Virus record (IMG/VR): IMGVR_UViG_3300037042_006682
Location: 32,001 to 96,000 of that record
Reading direction: 5' to 3' (one strand)
Length of the DNA stretch: 64,000 bases
Origin: a virus
The translations under genes and the position numbers were made by a program. The notes beneath the pieces were generated by a model. The model was given only the letters and a program-made list of their open reading frames with translations. It was not told where the DNA came from and did not search any database. Below, piece after piece: positions 1 to 9,128 of the stretch. The first letter of the stretch is position 1. Every line of letters starts with the position of its first letter.

Positions 1-364
1 AGGCGTCGTCCGCGTAGAGCGTGAAGATCGACGAGGTGAGGTCGTAGTCGTCCATGTCCTCAGCATCGCGGTACCGCTGCATGAGGTCGTCAGAAAGCTG
101 GAGGGCCTGCGCGACGGGGCTGTTCGCGTCGAAGTTGCCGCCGGTCTGCAGGGCCAGGGCCCCCGTGTAGCCGTCCTTGGCGAGGAGCGGGTTGTCCTGG
201 TGCTTGCCCGCGATCACGGCGCCCTGGGTCACGCCGCGGGGCGCCGTGGGGCCCTCCTGGGCCGGCCCGCTCCCACGCCCCAGCCAGCCCCGGATCTTGT
301 CCCAGAGGCCCCCGCCCTTGTTTTCGGCCCCGGTTGGCTGCTGCTGCTGCTTGGGATCCGCCAT
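1..364 (-). CDS. Portal protein, T4 gp20-like (N-terminal part; runs off the window)
   Basis: Manual translation from ATG at 364 (SD GAGGAG/GAGG): MADPKQQQQ...RYRDAEDMDDYDLTSSIFTLYADDA, matching the gp20-type RYxxxxxMD...SxxxxYAD(D/E) motif; directly downstream of TerL. Confidence 0.7.
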   Translation of the reverse strand, partial: MADPKQQQQPTGAENKGGGLWDKIRGWLGRGSGPAQEGPTAPRGVTQGAVIAGKHQDNPLLAKDGYTGALALQTGGNFDANSPVAQALQLSDDLMQRYRDAEDMDDYDLTSSIFTLYADDA

Positions 365-382
365 GCCTCACGCTCCTCGCGC

Positions 383-3300
383 CTAACCCATCAAGAAGGG
401 CAACATGGGGACCTCGGCCTCGCCCTCGGGGCCCGGCTGCCCGGTCACCCACGCGAAATCCTCGGCCTCGGCGCGCCCCTCGCCTGGTTGTAGCACCCCG
501 AGGGGCACCCTCGGAACTTTTTTCAAAAGCCCCGCTACAACGCCCGCTACCGCATCGGCACAGTTGTGTACAAAGACCCCCACCGCCAGCGCGAAGTTAT
601 GATGAATATCTACGGTCATGTCAAAGACCGGCGCCGCCTCCAAGGGCTCCACGTGGGCCACGCAATACTCATGGGGCTGCCCCGGCGGCTGCCAAGACAG
701 GGGCATCAACAGATCCCCTGGCCTCAAGGCATGCGCTTCACAGAAGGTCCCCGCCCACAGCATAACCTCATGGTCAGGCGTGCAATCAAAGAACAGCCCC
801 GTCTCCAGCCAAACGCGGAGCATCTCGCACTCCCCCACTAGGTGCACATTGCGCGCCCACGCGGGCACCACGTCCCCATTGGCATCGCACGCATAGCTCC
901 AAAACTCGCGCCCCACCAGCTCACGTATGGGCACCGCCCTCCCATCCAGCATGGCAATCTTTGTCTCCCCAGAAAGGCAATCCTTCCCACCCGCCACGGG
1001 ATGGTCGATCTTGCCGCGGAGGCGATCGTGCTCTAGGGCCCGCAGCTCCCCGAGCAGGGGCGCGTGGGGGTACAACTCGATGCGCCGCTCGTAGATCGCC
1101 GAGCGCAGGGCCTCGTAGGGCACCATCGTCGCATCCACGCTCAAGATCTCCGAGGCCACGCCGCGCCGCTTCATATGCTGCAGAGTATCGACCGCTTGGT
1201 ATTGATCTGTCGAGAACCCGATCAACACAAACCCGTGTGCCTGGATGTCATAGATCACTGCCCGGATGTCGGCGAGCTGAATCTGCTCCCCCGGCGGGGG
1301 CCGCACCTGCAGCACGAGGTCGATCACGAAGGTCGGCGCGAGGTCCGTGTAGTGATCGCCCTCAGGCGTCCGCCGCACGACCTCCACCCAGCGCTCTATG
1401 TGCCCGCACGCGATCCCCGTGGCATCTCCTGACAGCGAGGTGTCGATGTGGACATAACGCAGGGCCCGCGGATTGCGCAGGGGCGTCCAGGCCTCCTCCG
1501 TAAACCCGCCCGGCAGGCGCCGCACCGAGGCCCTGGCCAGCTGATACCAGTGGATCACGAGGGGCTGCCCATACTGCCACGTCTGGTGATCTGCGGGGTG
1601 GCGCCGCGCCGGGTTCACAGCCTCCTGGATCTTCTCCGTGCGCTGGATGAACACGCTGATGGCCGTCGTGGGGACGCCCGCGATGTCGCGGATCGCATCC
1701 TCCAAGTTGGACTCGAAGTCCACGCGGTACTCCTCGGGAACCGCGATCACGCGCGCCTCGTCGGGGAGGGTCGCAAGGACCACCTCCTCGCCGGGGGGCA
1801 AGATGCGGCTGCGCAGGGAGCTGCCCCCGCAGAGCACCTGGAAGGTGCGCCCGCTGAAGGAGCCCGGCGGCTTGACCTCCCACGTGGCCATCTCCATCGC
1901 GTAGATCGAGGGGTCGTGGTGGGCCGCCGCGAGGCGCCGATCGATGAACGACCCCACCGTGTTCGCGCTCGACACCATCACGATCATGCCGGGGAGGTCC
2001 CCGCTCGCCTGCACGAAGCGCGACTTGATGCGGCGCTCCAGGGAGCGGTACGTGACCTCGGCGTGGTCGTAGTGCGCGAGGCTCTTCTGCTGGCCGTCTG
2101 CCGTGCGGATCTTCTGCTTGGTGGAGCGCACAAAGTTGGTGTTATGCACCACCACCCCATCCGCCACGAAGGTCTGGAACTCCGTCTCGATCGCGTAGGT
2201 CTGCTCGGGGGGCAACGGCGTCACCGCCGTCACGCGGGTCAGGCGGAGGTCGACGGGGAGGTCGGTGACGCGACAACGCTCGGGTCGGACGCCCCAGGCG
2301 GAGTCACGCATACCAGCAATCGCTGCCGCACGCGCCGTTGGGCAAGCCCATCCATGAATGCCTGGTTGATGAATGGTCCATCCCACACGGACGGGATGGT
2401 AGATCCGTTGATAACGATAAGGAACGGCTGCTGTTGCCGTTGGCAGTGCCCCCACATCGCCAACAACCGCGCTCTTGTTCGAGGCGCATAGAACGATGTC
2501 TTGTCCTTCCCCTCGACCACCACCGTCACCCCGTCGGCGCGATCCACCTCGAAGTCCGCCACCGTCAACCGCTGCTGTCCCCCGATCTCGTATGACACAA
2601 ACGGCAGTTGATCCTCGCCCCGGATCGCCACCACCCCCTCCTGCGCCATCAGGGCTTGCACCAGCACCAACTCCGCATCCGACCGACACGGTATCCGCTG
2701 CCCATCCGGCCCCGTCACCCAGTGCGTGTATGTCCGCTTGCGATCTCGGATCGCCTGCGCGTTCCCCGCGGAGATGCGCGTCCGCGACGCCTCCGTGTGC
2801 GGCGTCCCCGGCCTCCCCAAACGCGCCTCGCGTAGACGCCGCCTGTGCGCCTTGCTGAGCGGCTTGCCATAGCGTGGATTGTCCGCCCCCCACATCACGG
2901 GCGGCAATGCCATGCACCCCTCGGCAACCGCCTGTTTGGCCCTCTCTGACATTCGTTCTCGGGCGGCCGGATCCTGCATGAGACGCTTGTGCGCCTCGGA
3001 CATCTTGATCCGCGTCTCCTCGCTCACCGGCTTCTGAATACGCCCTCGCTGTGCCTCGGACATCTTGCGCCGCGTCTCCGCGCTGTGGTGCCATCCCGTC
3101 CGCAGCTTGGCAATCTCGCGCCTCCGCTGCCGCTGCTCCTCGTTCGGCACCCACCCCTTGCAGCCCCGCCGCGCCTCGGACATCTTGCGCCGCGTCTCCG
3201 CGCTGGCCGTCCGCCCCGTGTTGATCTCGCTGAGCTTCTTGCGCGTCTCCTCGGTATGCGTCCGCCCCGTATTCGCCTCGGACATCTTGCGCAGCTCGTC

Positions 3301-5818
3301 TTCGGTATGACGCCGCCTCTTGCCCGCCTCGCTGAGCTTTCCTCGTGTCTCCACTGAGACCTCGCGGCCTGCACACGCCTCGCGCATCTTCTGCTTGGCC
3401 TCCTCCGTATGCTTCTTGCCCTTGCGCGCCTCGCTGATCTTGCGCCGCGCCTCCTCGCTGAACACACGCCCCTTGCCTGCCGCACTCAACTTCTCGCGAT
3501 GTTCGTCCGTCAACGGCTTCCCACGCTTCGCCGCGCTGACCTTCGCCCGCGCTTCTGCACTCAACGTCTGCCCTTTCCTCGGCATCCCGCACCTCAACGA
3601 CCAGTTCGTCCCCGACCCGCACGTCCCGCGCGTAGCGGTACACCAGCCACGCGCCCTCCCGCACCAACACCGGGTGGTCCAGCGAGGGCGCCACCGCGCC
3701 CCCATCATAGGCCAGCTCCACTAAAGGCTGGACCGTCGAGGGGCGGATGGCAAAGCGACCGTACCGCACGCGCTGCGTCGCGTGATCGAGGCACTTTACC
3801 CGCCATCGAGATCGCTCTTCTGGCGCCATTGCCACAAGCGCGCCCACTGACAGATTTGTCTGTAACACGCCGCTTTTACAATGTAAAGCAGAAGTTGATC
3901 GAACACACTCGTCGAGGGCCGCGGCGAAGGCGTTAGTGCCCATGGAGCGCTCGGCGAGGTAGCTCGCGACGATCATCTGCACGTTGTAGGGGAAGTACGT
4001 CGCCTCGGTGTGGACGTCCGGTTTGAAGTGCTCTTGGAAGTACGGGCTGATCGCGAGCTTGTTGTCGATGGCCGACTTGAGGACCTGGCGCGCGAGGACC
4101 AGGTTGCGGCTCACGAGCACGATGCTCATCTCGGAGCCCGGCGACATGCCGTAGGAGGCCTGCGGGTTCACGAGGCAGCTCAGCTCGTAGAGGAGGCGGC
4201 ACATGGCGATCGAGAGGGCGGTCGTGTTGTGTACCACCACGCCATCCGCCACGAAGTTGCGCGGCCCCGGCACCTCCACGTCGTACACGTCCTCCAGCTC
4301 CCCGCTGCCCGGATCGTAGGACACCACCTGGTCCCAGAACAGATCGCCCCACCACGCGCACCACGGCGGCAGCGTGAAGGCCTGCTGCATGCGCACGAAC
4401 TTGGGGCGCCCCTGGTAACGAGACGCGCGCCACGGCGACCAAGCCTCGTTCCGCATCGGCCCCAGCTCCCGCCGTAGGCGTCGCAGCACAGCCGCGTTCA
4501 CCGGCATGATGTCCACGTTGGTGTTGCTGGCGGTCGCCCGCGCCGTTGCGAGGATCGTCGCGCAGCGGTCTTCCTTGCCCAGCACGGGTCCCACCGCCGT
4601 CAGGAAGCGCTCCAGGTTGTCAGCCTCCGTGACGAACAGGCGCCAGGCCGGCTTGGTGCGGAGTTCCCCCTTGTGCGTGTAGGTCTTCTGGCAGGGGTAG
4701 ATCCGCGAGTGTACGCCGAAGCGCAGGAGCAACTGCCCCACGTCGCGCACGAAGCCCTCGCTGGCCAACGTCAGCTCTGCCTTGCACGGCGCCTTGGGCT
4801 CCAAAGAGCCATCCGTCGCCCACAACCGATTGAGGAACAGCCCCAACTGCCGATCGGAAAGGCCAAAGAAGGCGGAAGGCACACGCTTGTCTCGCGATAG
4901 ATGGGCAAGGTCGTATTTATCTCGCACCCACGTCGTCCCGCAAGCACGCCACTCCTCACACTGACGTCCTCTGGTATCACGCGAGGTATCCTGTGCCACG
5001 CTCTGCACCACCAAGCGCATCGCGTCGGAGACCACATGAAAGCGCTCCATCACAGGTCCTGGCTTGTTGCAGAACGTCCAATTACTGCTTGTGCAACTAC
5101 CGTTTGCCAGCATGAACGCCACGAACTCGACCTCGGCGTCCGTGACCTTCAAAGGGTGCTCCGGCGGTGGCAGCGTGCGCGCCGTCCCCACTAGGGATCC
5201 GGGCTGCATCTCGCCCGCGGGCCGATACCCGTCCGGCGTCAGCACGGGGTGGTCCGGCGTGACCTCCACCCGCTTGCCGCTCAGCAGGCGCAGCGTCCCC
5301 ACGGGTTTGCGCCCCGCACATGTAACAATTGCTGGGCGCGTAACGGTACATCCCCTGTCCTGATCATAGGCCGCCACGTGCACCGCCCCCATCTCGTTCA
5401 GGGGCACCTCGCTGATCACACGCTGCTGCCCCAGATGGGGATCGTACAGCGTGCTCCGCGCACCCAGACACTTCCCCCACCCCGTGCTGCCCCCCAGGAT
5501 GACCTCGCGGTAGTGCGCGCCCGGCTCGAAGATCTCGATGAGCTTGCGCCGCAGGACCGGGTAGAGCGTCTGGCAGGACTCCCCCAGGTAGTAGGGATCA
5601 TCAATGAAGGTCGCCATGTCGACGGGGGCCACGCGGTACCGCTTCGCGTAGCACTCGTTGACGATCTCGGGGCGCCCCGCCTGCTCCTCATACAGGAGGG
5701 CCTCGAAGAGGCGCCGCTCATCGGGGGGCAGCGCCGCGAAGCGCCGCAGGAGGGCCGCCCGGCGCTCGGCCGGCGTGCGAACCGTCCGCGCGCGCCCCTC
5801 GGGGGTGCGGACGATCAT
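383..5818 (-). CDS. terL: Terminase large subunit precursor with three inteins (1811 aa; about 668 aa after splicing)
   Basis: Spliced motifs: Walker A GGSTGWGK|TT, Walker B AAALDE|TNF, VSSA coupling motif, nuclease HIDTSLSGD and KD|CAD; precedes the portal gene. Confidence 0.92.
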   Translation of the reverse strand: MIVRTPEGRARTVRTPAERRAALLRRFAALPPDERRLFEALLYEEQAGRPEIVNECYAKRYRVAPVDMATFIDDPYYLGESCQTLYPVLRRKLIEIFEPGAHYREVILGGSTGWGKCLGARSTLYDPHLGQQRVISEVPLNEMGAVHVAAYDQDRGCTVTRPAIVTCAGRKPVGTLRLLSGKRVEVTPDHPVLTPDGYRPAGEMQPGSLVGTARTLPPPEHPLKVTDAEVEFVAFMLANGSCTSSNWTFCNKPGPVMERFHVVSDAMRLVVQSVAQDTSRDTRGRQCEEWRACGTTWVRDKYDLAHLSRDKRVPSAFFGLSDRQLGLFLNRLWATDGSLEPKAPCKAELTLASEGFVRDVGQLLLRFGVHSRIYPCQKTYTHKGELRTKPAWRLFVTEADNLERFLTAVGPVLGKEDRCATILATARATASNTNVDIMPVNAAVLRRLRRELGPMRNEAWSPWRASRYQGRPKFVRMQQAFTLPPWCAWWGDLFWDQVVSYDPGSGELEDVYDVEVPGPRNFVADGVVVHNTTALSIAMCRLLYELSCLVNPQASYGMSPGSEMSIVLVSRNLVLARQVLKSAIDNKLAISPYFQEHFKPDVHTEATYFPYNVQMIVASYLAERSMGTNAFAAALDECVRSTSALHCKSGVLQTNLSVGALVAMAPEERSRWRVKCLDHATQRVRYGRFAIRPSTVQPLVELAYDGGAVAPSLDHPVLVREGAWLVYRYARDVRVGDELVVEVRDAEERADVECRSAGEGQRGEAWEAVDGRTSREVECGRQGACVQRGGAAQDQRGAQGQEAYGGGQAEDARGVCRPRGLSGDTRKAQRGGQEAASYRRRAAQDVRGEYGADAYRGDAQEAQRDQHGADGQRGDAAQDVRGAAGLQGVGAERGAAAAEARDCQAADGMAPQRGDAAQDVRGTARAYSEAGERGDADQDVRGAQASHAGSGRPRTNVREGQTGGCRGVHGIAARDVGGGQSTLWQAAQQGAQAASTRGAFGEAGDAAHGGVADAHLRGERAGDPRSQADIHALGDGAGWAADTVSVGCGVGAGASPDGAGGGGGDPGRGSTAVCVIRDRGTAAVDGGGLRGGSRRRGDGGGRGEGQDIVLCASNKSAVVGDVGALPTATAAVPYRYQRIYHPVRVGWTIHQPGIHGWACPTARAAAIAGMRDSAWGVRPERCRVTDLPVDLRLTRVTAVTPLPPEQTYAIETEFQTFVADGVVVHNTNFVRSTKQKIRTADGQQKSLAHYDHAEVTYRSLERRIKSRFVQASGDLPGMIVMVSSANTVGSFIDRRLAAAHHDPSIYAMEMATWEVKPPGSFSGRTFQVLCGGSSLRSRILPPGEEVVLATLPDEARVIAVPEEYRVDFESNLEDAIRDIAGVPTTAISVFIQRTEKIQEAVNPARRHPADHQTWQYGQPLVIHWYQLARASVRRLPGGFTEEAWTPLRNPRALRYVHIDTSLSGDATGIACGHIERWVEVVRRTPEGDHYTDLAPTFVIDLVLQVRPPPGEQIQLADIRAVIYDIQAHGFVLIGFSTDQYQAVDTLQHMKRRGVASEILSVDATMVPYEALRSAIYERRIELYPHAPLLGELRALEHDRLRGKIDHPVAGGKDCLSGETKIAMLDGRAVPIRELVGREFWSYACDANGDVVPAWARNVHLVGECEMLRVWLETGLFFDCTPDHEVMLWAGTFCEAHALRPGDLLMPLSWQPPGQPHEYCVAHVEPLEAAPVFDMTVDIHHNFALAVGVFVHNCADAVAGVVAGLLKKVPRVPLGVLQPGEGRAEAEDFAWVTGQPGPEGEAEVPMLPFLMG
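563..979 (-). mobile_element. TerL intein 3, mini-intein (139 aa, no endonuclease)
   Basis: CLSGETKIAMLDG...CTPDHEV...VFDMTVDIHHNFAL...VFVHN|C; inserted in the nuclease D-x-x-D motif. Confidence 0.92.
2141..3907 (-). mobile_element. TerL intein 2 (589 aa) hosting an out-of-frame endonuclease gene
   Basis: CVRSTSAL...SLDHPVLV (block B)...TYAIETEFQTFVADGVVVHN|T; the central ~450 aa are low-complexity text read from the alternate frame of the nested gene. Confidence 0.88.
2239..3585 (-). CDS. Nested NUMOD3-repeat + PD-(D/E)xK (TnsA-N-like) putative homing endonuclease, +1 frame inside TerL intein 2 (448 aa)
   Basis: SD GAGGTG then ATG (MPRKGQ); about 13 repeats like HTEETRKKLSEINTGR; C-terminal RSDAE...VADFEV...VVEGK; own TGA stop. 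Confidence 0.85.
   Translation of the reverse strand: MPRKGQTLSAEARAKVSAAKRGKPLTDEHREKLSAAGKGRVFSEEARRKISEARKGKKHTEEAKQKMREACAGREVSVETRGKLSEAGKRRRHTEDELRKMSEANTGRTHTEETRKKLSEINTGRTASAETRRKMSEARRGCKGWVPNEEQRQRRREIAKLRTGWHHSAETRRKMSEAQRGRIQKPVSEETRIKMSEAHKRLMQDPAARERMSERAKQAVAEGCMALPPVMWGADNPRYGKPLSKAHRRRLREARLGRPGTPHTEASRTRISAGNAQAIRDRKRTYTHWVTGPDGQRIPCRSDAELVLVQALMAQEGVVAIRGEDQLPFVSYEIGGQQRLTVADFEVDRADGVTVVVEGKDKTSFYAPRTRARLLAMWGHCQRQQQPFLIVINGSTIPSVWDGPFINQAFMDGLAQRRVRQRLLVCVTPPGASDPSVVASPTSPSTSA
4226..5470 (-). mobile_element. TerL intein 1 with in-frame LAGLIDADG endonuclease (415 aa)
   Basis: CLGARSTL...VTPDHPVLT...FMLANGS...LNRLWATDG...VYDVEVPGPRNFVADGVVVHN|T; inserted in Walker A. Confidence 0.93.
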
Positions 5819-6591
5819 AAGGCCGGGGCCTCAGCCTCCCCCTCCGCCCCCACAATGTCGATGGTCTCGCCCCCATAGAGGTCCCCGTCATCGTCCGTGG
5901 CCAGGACCTTGAACTCCTCCAGCAGGGCGAGGACGCGCCCCCGCGCCGCGGGCCGCTGCAGCACGGCCGCCACCTCGTCCCCGAAGCGCTGCTGCACGTT
6001 GACCACGACGCTCTGCGTCATCACCACGGAGGCCCCCTTGCTGCCGTGGTTGAAGCCGTAGGCCTCCTTGACCATGTGCATGCGGCAGATGGTGTCGACC
6101 ACCTGCTGGGCCGCCTGCCCCACGGCCGGAAGCGGGATCCCCGCCTGCTGCTCGTAGGCCAGGCCCATATCCACCCGGCCCTTCAAGACGCGGTACATCT
6201 CCTCCAGCCGGCTAAACTCCAGCTCCTGGTCCTCCATGCGCTGGCGCAGCCACCCCGCCATGCGGAGCTGCGCGGCCCCCACGAACAACGCACTCGGCAT
6301 GTAGTTGACACGATATTCCTGGAGCTGGTTCTCCAGGGATCTGCGCGTGATCTCCAAACGCTCCTGCGCCTCATTATGGATGAAGGCTGCCGTCGCCTGA
6401 CACGAGTACCCCTCCGAGAGCATATCGCGCACCTGGGGCCAGCACGTGAGGGACTCCAGCTTACGCGCCGAGGCCGTCTTCGTCTTCCACCCACTCTGGG
6501 CGGGCAATACGGGTCGTTCGCGCTTCGAGACCGTAGGGGTCGCTTTGGGCTTCGGGTTCCCCTTCTTACCGACTGATCCAGCCGTCCGCAT
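5815..6591 (-). CDS. Putative terminase small subunit / helical DNA-binding protein
   Basis: Overlaps the TerL start by 4 nt; HTH-like N-terminus and helical body; call is positional. Confidence 0.45.
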   Translation of the reverse strand: MRTAGSVGKKGNPKPKATPTVSKRERPVLPAQSGWKTKTASARKLESLTCWPQVRDMLSEGYSCQATAAFIHNEAQERLEITRRSLENQLQEYRVNYMPSALFVGAAQLRMAGWLRQRMEDQELEFSRLEEMYRVLKGRVDMGLAYEQQAGIPLPAVGQAAQQVVDTICRMHMVKEAYGFNHGSKGASVVMTQSVVVNVQQRFGDEVAAVLQRPAARGRVLALLEEFKVLATDDDGDLYGGETIDIVGAEGEAEAPAL

Positions 6592-6666
6592 CGCTCCGCT
6601 CCGCTCGCAACATCAGCTGTCCACCTACAACGGGGCCGCGCATGCGCATGCGCAGCGCGCGCCCAC

Positions 6667-7221
6667 CTACTCGCCGCGTCCCCCCGCGATCCCCAGCTTC
6701 TCCCGGATCGCCGCGAGATCCGAGCGCAGCCCGCTCAACTGCTCCCGCATCGCGTCCAACTGCGGCTGAATGCGATCCCCCGCCAGCCGCAGGGCCGTCA
6801 CATGCTCCTGCATCACCCGCGCATCCGACGCCATCGCGCTCACACGATCCGAGACAAGGCGCACCTGCTCCTCCATGGCATCCTGCCGCGCCACCGTCGC
6901 CTGCAGGTTGAAGTACAAGGTCCCCGTCATGAAGACCAAGGGCACGATCCAGATGATGATCCGCACCCAGGTGTCCCGCGTGAGCCCCCCCGGCGTCGCG
7001 GGCGGGGGGGGCGGCGGGGGGCCATAGCCCTGCACCGGCCCATAGTACGCAGGCCCCTCGGGCACCGCGAACTGCCCCGTCACATCCTCGTAGGCCCCCA
7101 CTTGGCCGGACCGCCCCACGGGGTGCTCGGGCCCGCCCGAATTGGCGGGGCCCGGCCCATAGCCCCCTGGGCTCGGGGGCGGGGCCATGTGCGGGGGGCG
7201 CGGTCTGCGGCGGTCCATCAT
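6667..7221 (-). CDS. Membrane protein (Pro-rich N-terminus, one TM helix, coiled coil); possibly holin-like
   Basis: IIIWIVPLVFMTGTLYF hydrophobic stretch followed by heptads. Confidence 0.5.
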   Translation of the reverse strand: MMDRRRPRPPHMAPPPSPGGYGPGPANSGGPEHPVGRSGQVGAYEDVTGQFAVPEGPAYYGPVQGYGPPPPPPPATPGGLTRDTWVRIIIWIVPLVFMTGTLYFNLQATVARQDAMEEQVRLVSDRVSAMASDARVMQEHVTALRLAGDRIQPQLDAMREQLSGLRSDLAAIREKLGIAGGRGE

Positions 7222-7290
7222 GCTGCCAGCGTACCCGAACGCCCCGCATCTCCGCAAGGATCGCGTCGATCGCGCCGCGCGGGCGCGGGC

Positions 7291-7357
7291 AAAAAAAAGG
7301 GGCCGGCGACAAGCTAGGACCAGGGGGGGTGGTCGCGTTGCTCAAGTCGCCGGCCCC
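7291..7357 (-). terminator. Intrinsic terminator-like hairpin with a large structured loop
   Basis: GGGGCCGGCGAC...GTCGCCGGCCCC 12-bp stem followed by T8 on the minus strand. Confidence 0.7.
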
Positions 7358-7425
7358 ACAAGCCATCATGGGAGCCAACGCCATCACCGTAGCGGGCCAC
7401 CCCCGCTGCTGTCAAGGGAGAAGCG

Positions 7426-8454
7426 TTAGGGCTTCGCGTTGCCGATGTCGGCCAGGGTGGTCTCGCCGAAGAGGATCTCCGGGGCGCCCCCCGCGAAGGC
7501 CACGAGGCGGACCTGCGTGAGGTCCTGCAGGGCCTTGAGGTGCCCGGCCAGGTCCAGCGTGGGATCGGGCAGCGCCGCGGCCGGGGCCTCCGGGGCCTCC
7601 GCGCCGGCCTGCTCCGCCGCCTCCAACAGGGCCCCGCCGTAGAGGACCTTGCCGTCCTTGGGGTCGACCGCCACGATGCGCCAGCCCGTCGCGTGCTCCA
7701 CCTGCGCGAGGTACTCCGCGGGCTCGTTGCGGTTCATGTTCGTCGCCAGGAACTCCGTACAGATCATCGCCAGAGCGTGCGGCTCGCTCTCCGAAGCCGC
7801 CATGTCGCACGCCTTCTTGATCGCCCGCTCCACCGTGTCGACTTGCGACCGCATGAGGTTCCGGCTCCACTTGACGGGCTTCTGCTGGATCTGGAGCTTC
7901 TCCTCGTCCTCGTCCGCCGCCGCGCTAGTCCCCAGGCCGTTGAGGCGCTCCTGCTCCGCGTCGACCTCGCCCCGCACGAGCTTCTGCACGTCGCGCGTGC
8001 TCAGGCCCTCCACGCGGCCCAGCCAGTGCTCCGCGTTCTCCGCCGTGACCACCGGCGCGAGGTCGCGCGCCTTCGAGGCCCCCAAGCGGTCGATGCGCTC
8101 CTGCAGGGGCGCCGGGAGCGTGCGCCTCCACGCCCAGATCTGCACGAGGTACTGGGCCTTGCGCAGCTCGAAGTCGACCTCCGACTCCACGTACTCCTTC
8201 CACGAGGCGAACCCCCACGTCTGGTACAGCACCTTGTCGTACACGTGCCAGAGGGCCTCGCTCAGCTTCCAATAGTTGCTCTCGACGTTCGCCCGCAGGC
8301 GCTTCACGTCCTTGCGCACCTTCTCGGGCGCCCACTCGGCGAGGCGATCCTCGATCCCCACCTCCGCCGCGGGTTCCCCCACGCACGCCAGCTCCGTGTG
8401 CAGCCGCTCCGTCAAGACCTCCAGCACTGCCAACTCATCCTGCTTCTTCGCCAT
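7426..8454 (-). CDS. Hypothetical DNA-binding protein (DUF3102/partition-like N-terminal helical domain)
   Basis: LYQTWGFASWKEYVESEV...RKAQYL pattern; GGAG SD before MAKKQ. Confidence 0.45.
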   Translation of the reverse strand: MAKKQDELAVLEVLTERLHTELACVGEPAAEVGIEDRLAEWAPEKVRKDVKRLRANVESNYWKLSEALWHVYDKVLYQTWGFASWKEYVESEVDFELRKAQYLVQIWAWRRTLPAPLQERIDRLGASKARDLAPVVTAENAEHWLGRVEGLSTRDVQKLVRGEVDAEQERLNGLGTSAAADEDEEKLQIQQKPVKWSRNLMRSQVDTVERAIKKACDMAASESEPHALAMICTEFLATNMNRNEPAEYLAQVEHATGWRIVAVDPKDGKVLYGGALLEAAEQAGAEAPEAPAAALPDPTLDLAGHLKALQDLTQVRLVAFAGGAPEILFGETTLADIGNAKP

Positions 8455-8509
8455 CACTCCACTCGCTTTCCTTGCGTACGCGCGTACGCAACCCGCCGTC
8501 TGCCTGCCG

Positions 8510-9061
8510 CTAGAACAGCTTCTCTTGCTTCCACTCAAACGATCCTACGTCAACCGCCCCGCCCGTTAAGCGGTGTAGGTGCAGGGCCGCCACCGCCCAG
8601 GCGTCCGCCTGGTTGTGGTCCGCCACGGGCACCCCTTGCTTTAGCACGTGGGGCAGGATCTTGTCCTTCTTGAGGTTCCCCTTGCCGAAGATCTCCTTGC
8701 GGATCTGGCTCACGATGTAGAGCGCGGGCTCCACCCGGCACGCCAGCCACAGCTGCGTCTTCACGACCCCGTGCAGCTCCCCGAGGTCGTTCTGGGCCCC
8801 GCGTGCCCCCCAGGCGAACTGCTCGATGGCCACCCCGCAGGGGGCCGGTGCCGCCCGGTAGGCCCGCACCACCGCCGTCGCGATGTCGAGCATGCGCTCC
8901 ACGCGCTCCCGCGTCGTGGCCGTGCGCTTCAGCGCGTACCCCACGGTCTCCGCCGCCCAGACAGAGCCCGTGGCCCCGTCGAGCGTTACAAGGCCGGCCC
9001 CCCGATCCGAAAGATCGAGCCCGAGCACGCTCCCAAGGGTATTGTCTTGCCCGTTGTGCAT
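8510..9061 (-). CDS. ruvC: RuvC-like Holliday junction resolvase
   Basis: VLGLDLS..G, AIEQ, LGELHGVVK, HNQADAWAVA catalytic pattern. Confidence 0.8.
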   Translation of the reverse strand: MHNGQDNTLGSVLGLDLSDRGAGLVTLDGATGSVWAAETVGYALKRTATTRERVERMLDIATAVVRAYRAAPAPCGVAIEQFAWGARGAQNDLGELHGVVKTQLWLACRVEPALYIVSQIRKEIFGKGNLKKDKILPHVLKQGVPVADHNQADAWAVAALHLHRLTGGAVDVGSFEWKQEKLF

Positions 9062-9128
9062 ATTCAAAACCACCTCTGACTAAAACTCCCTAGGGAGTTG
9101 TGCATAAAACACGCATAAAACGATCATT

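Noticed and set aside
2990-3570. Regularly spaced DNA repeats resembling a CRISPR array
   Set aside because: They are the 51-nt-period coding repeats of the NUMOD3 array, degenerate at synonymous positions
2239-3585. Nested endonucleases explained as self-splicing introns or simple frameshift errors
   Set aside because: The host frames are uninterrupted with intact intein blocks, each nested gene has its own SD, start and stop, and the pattern occurs twice in the same phase; a read-level check is still advisable
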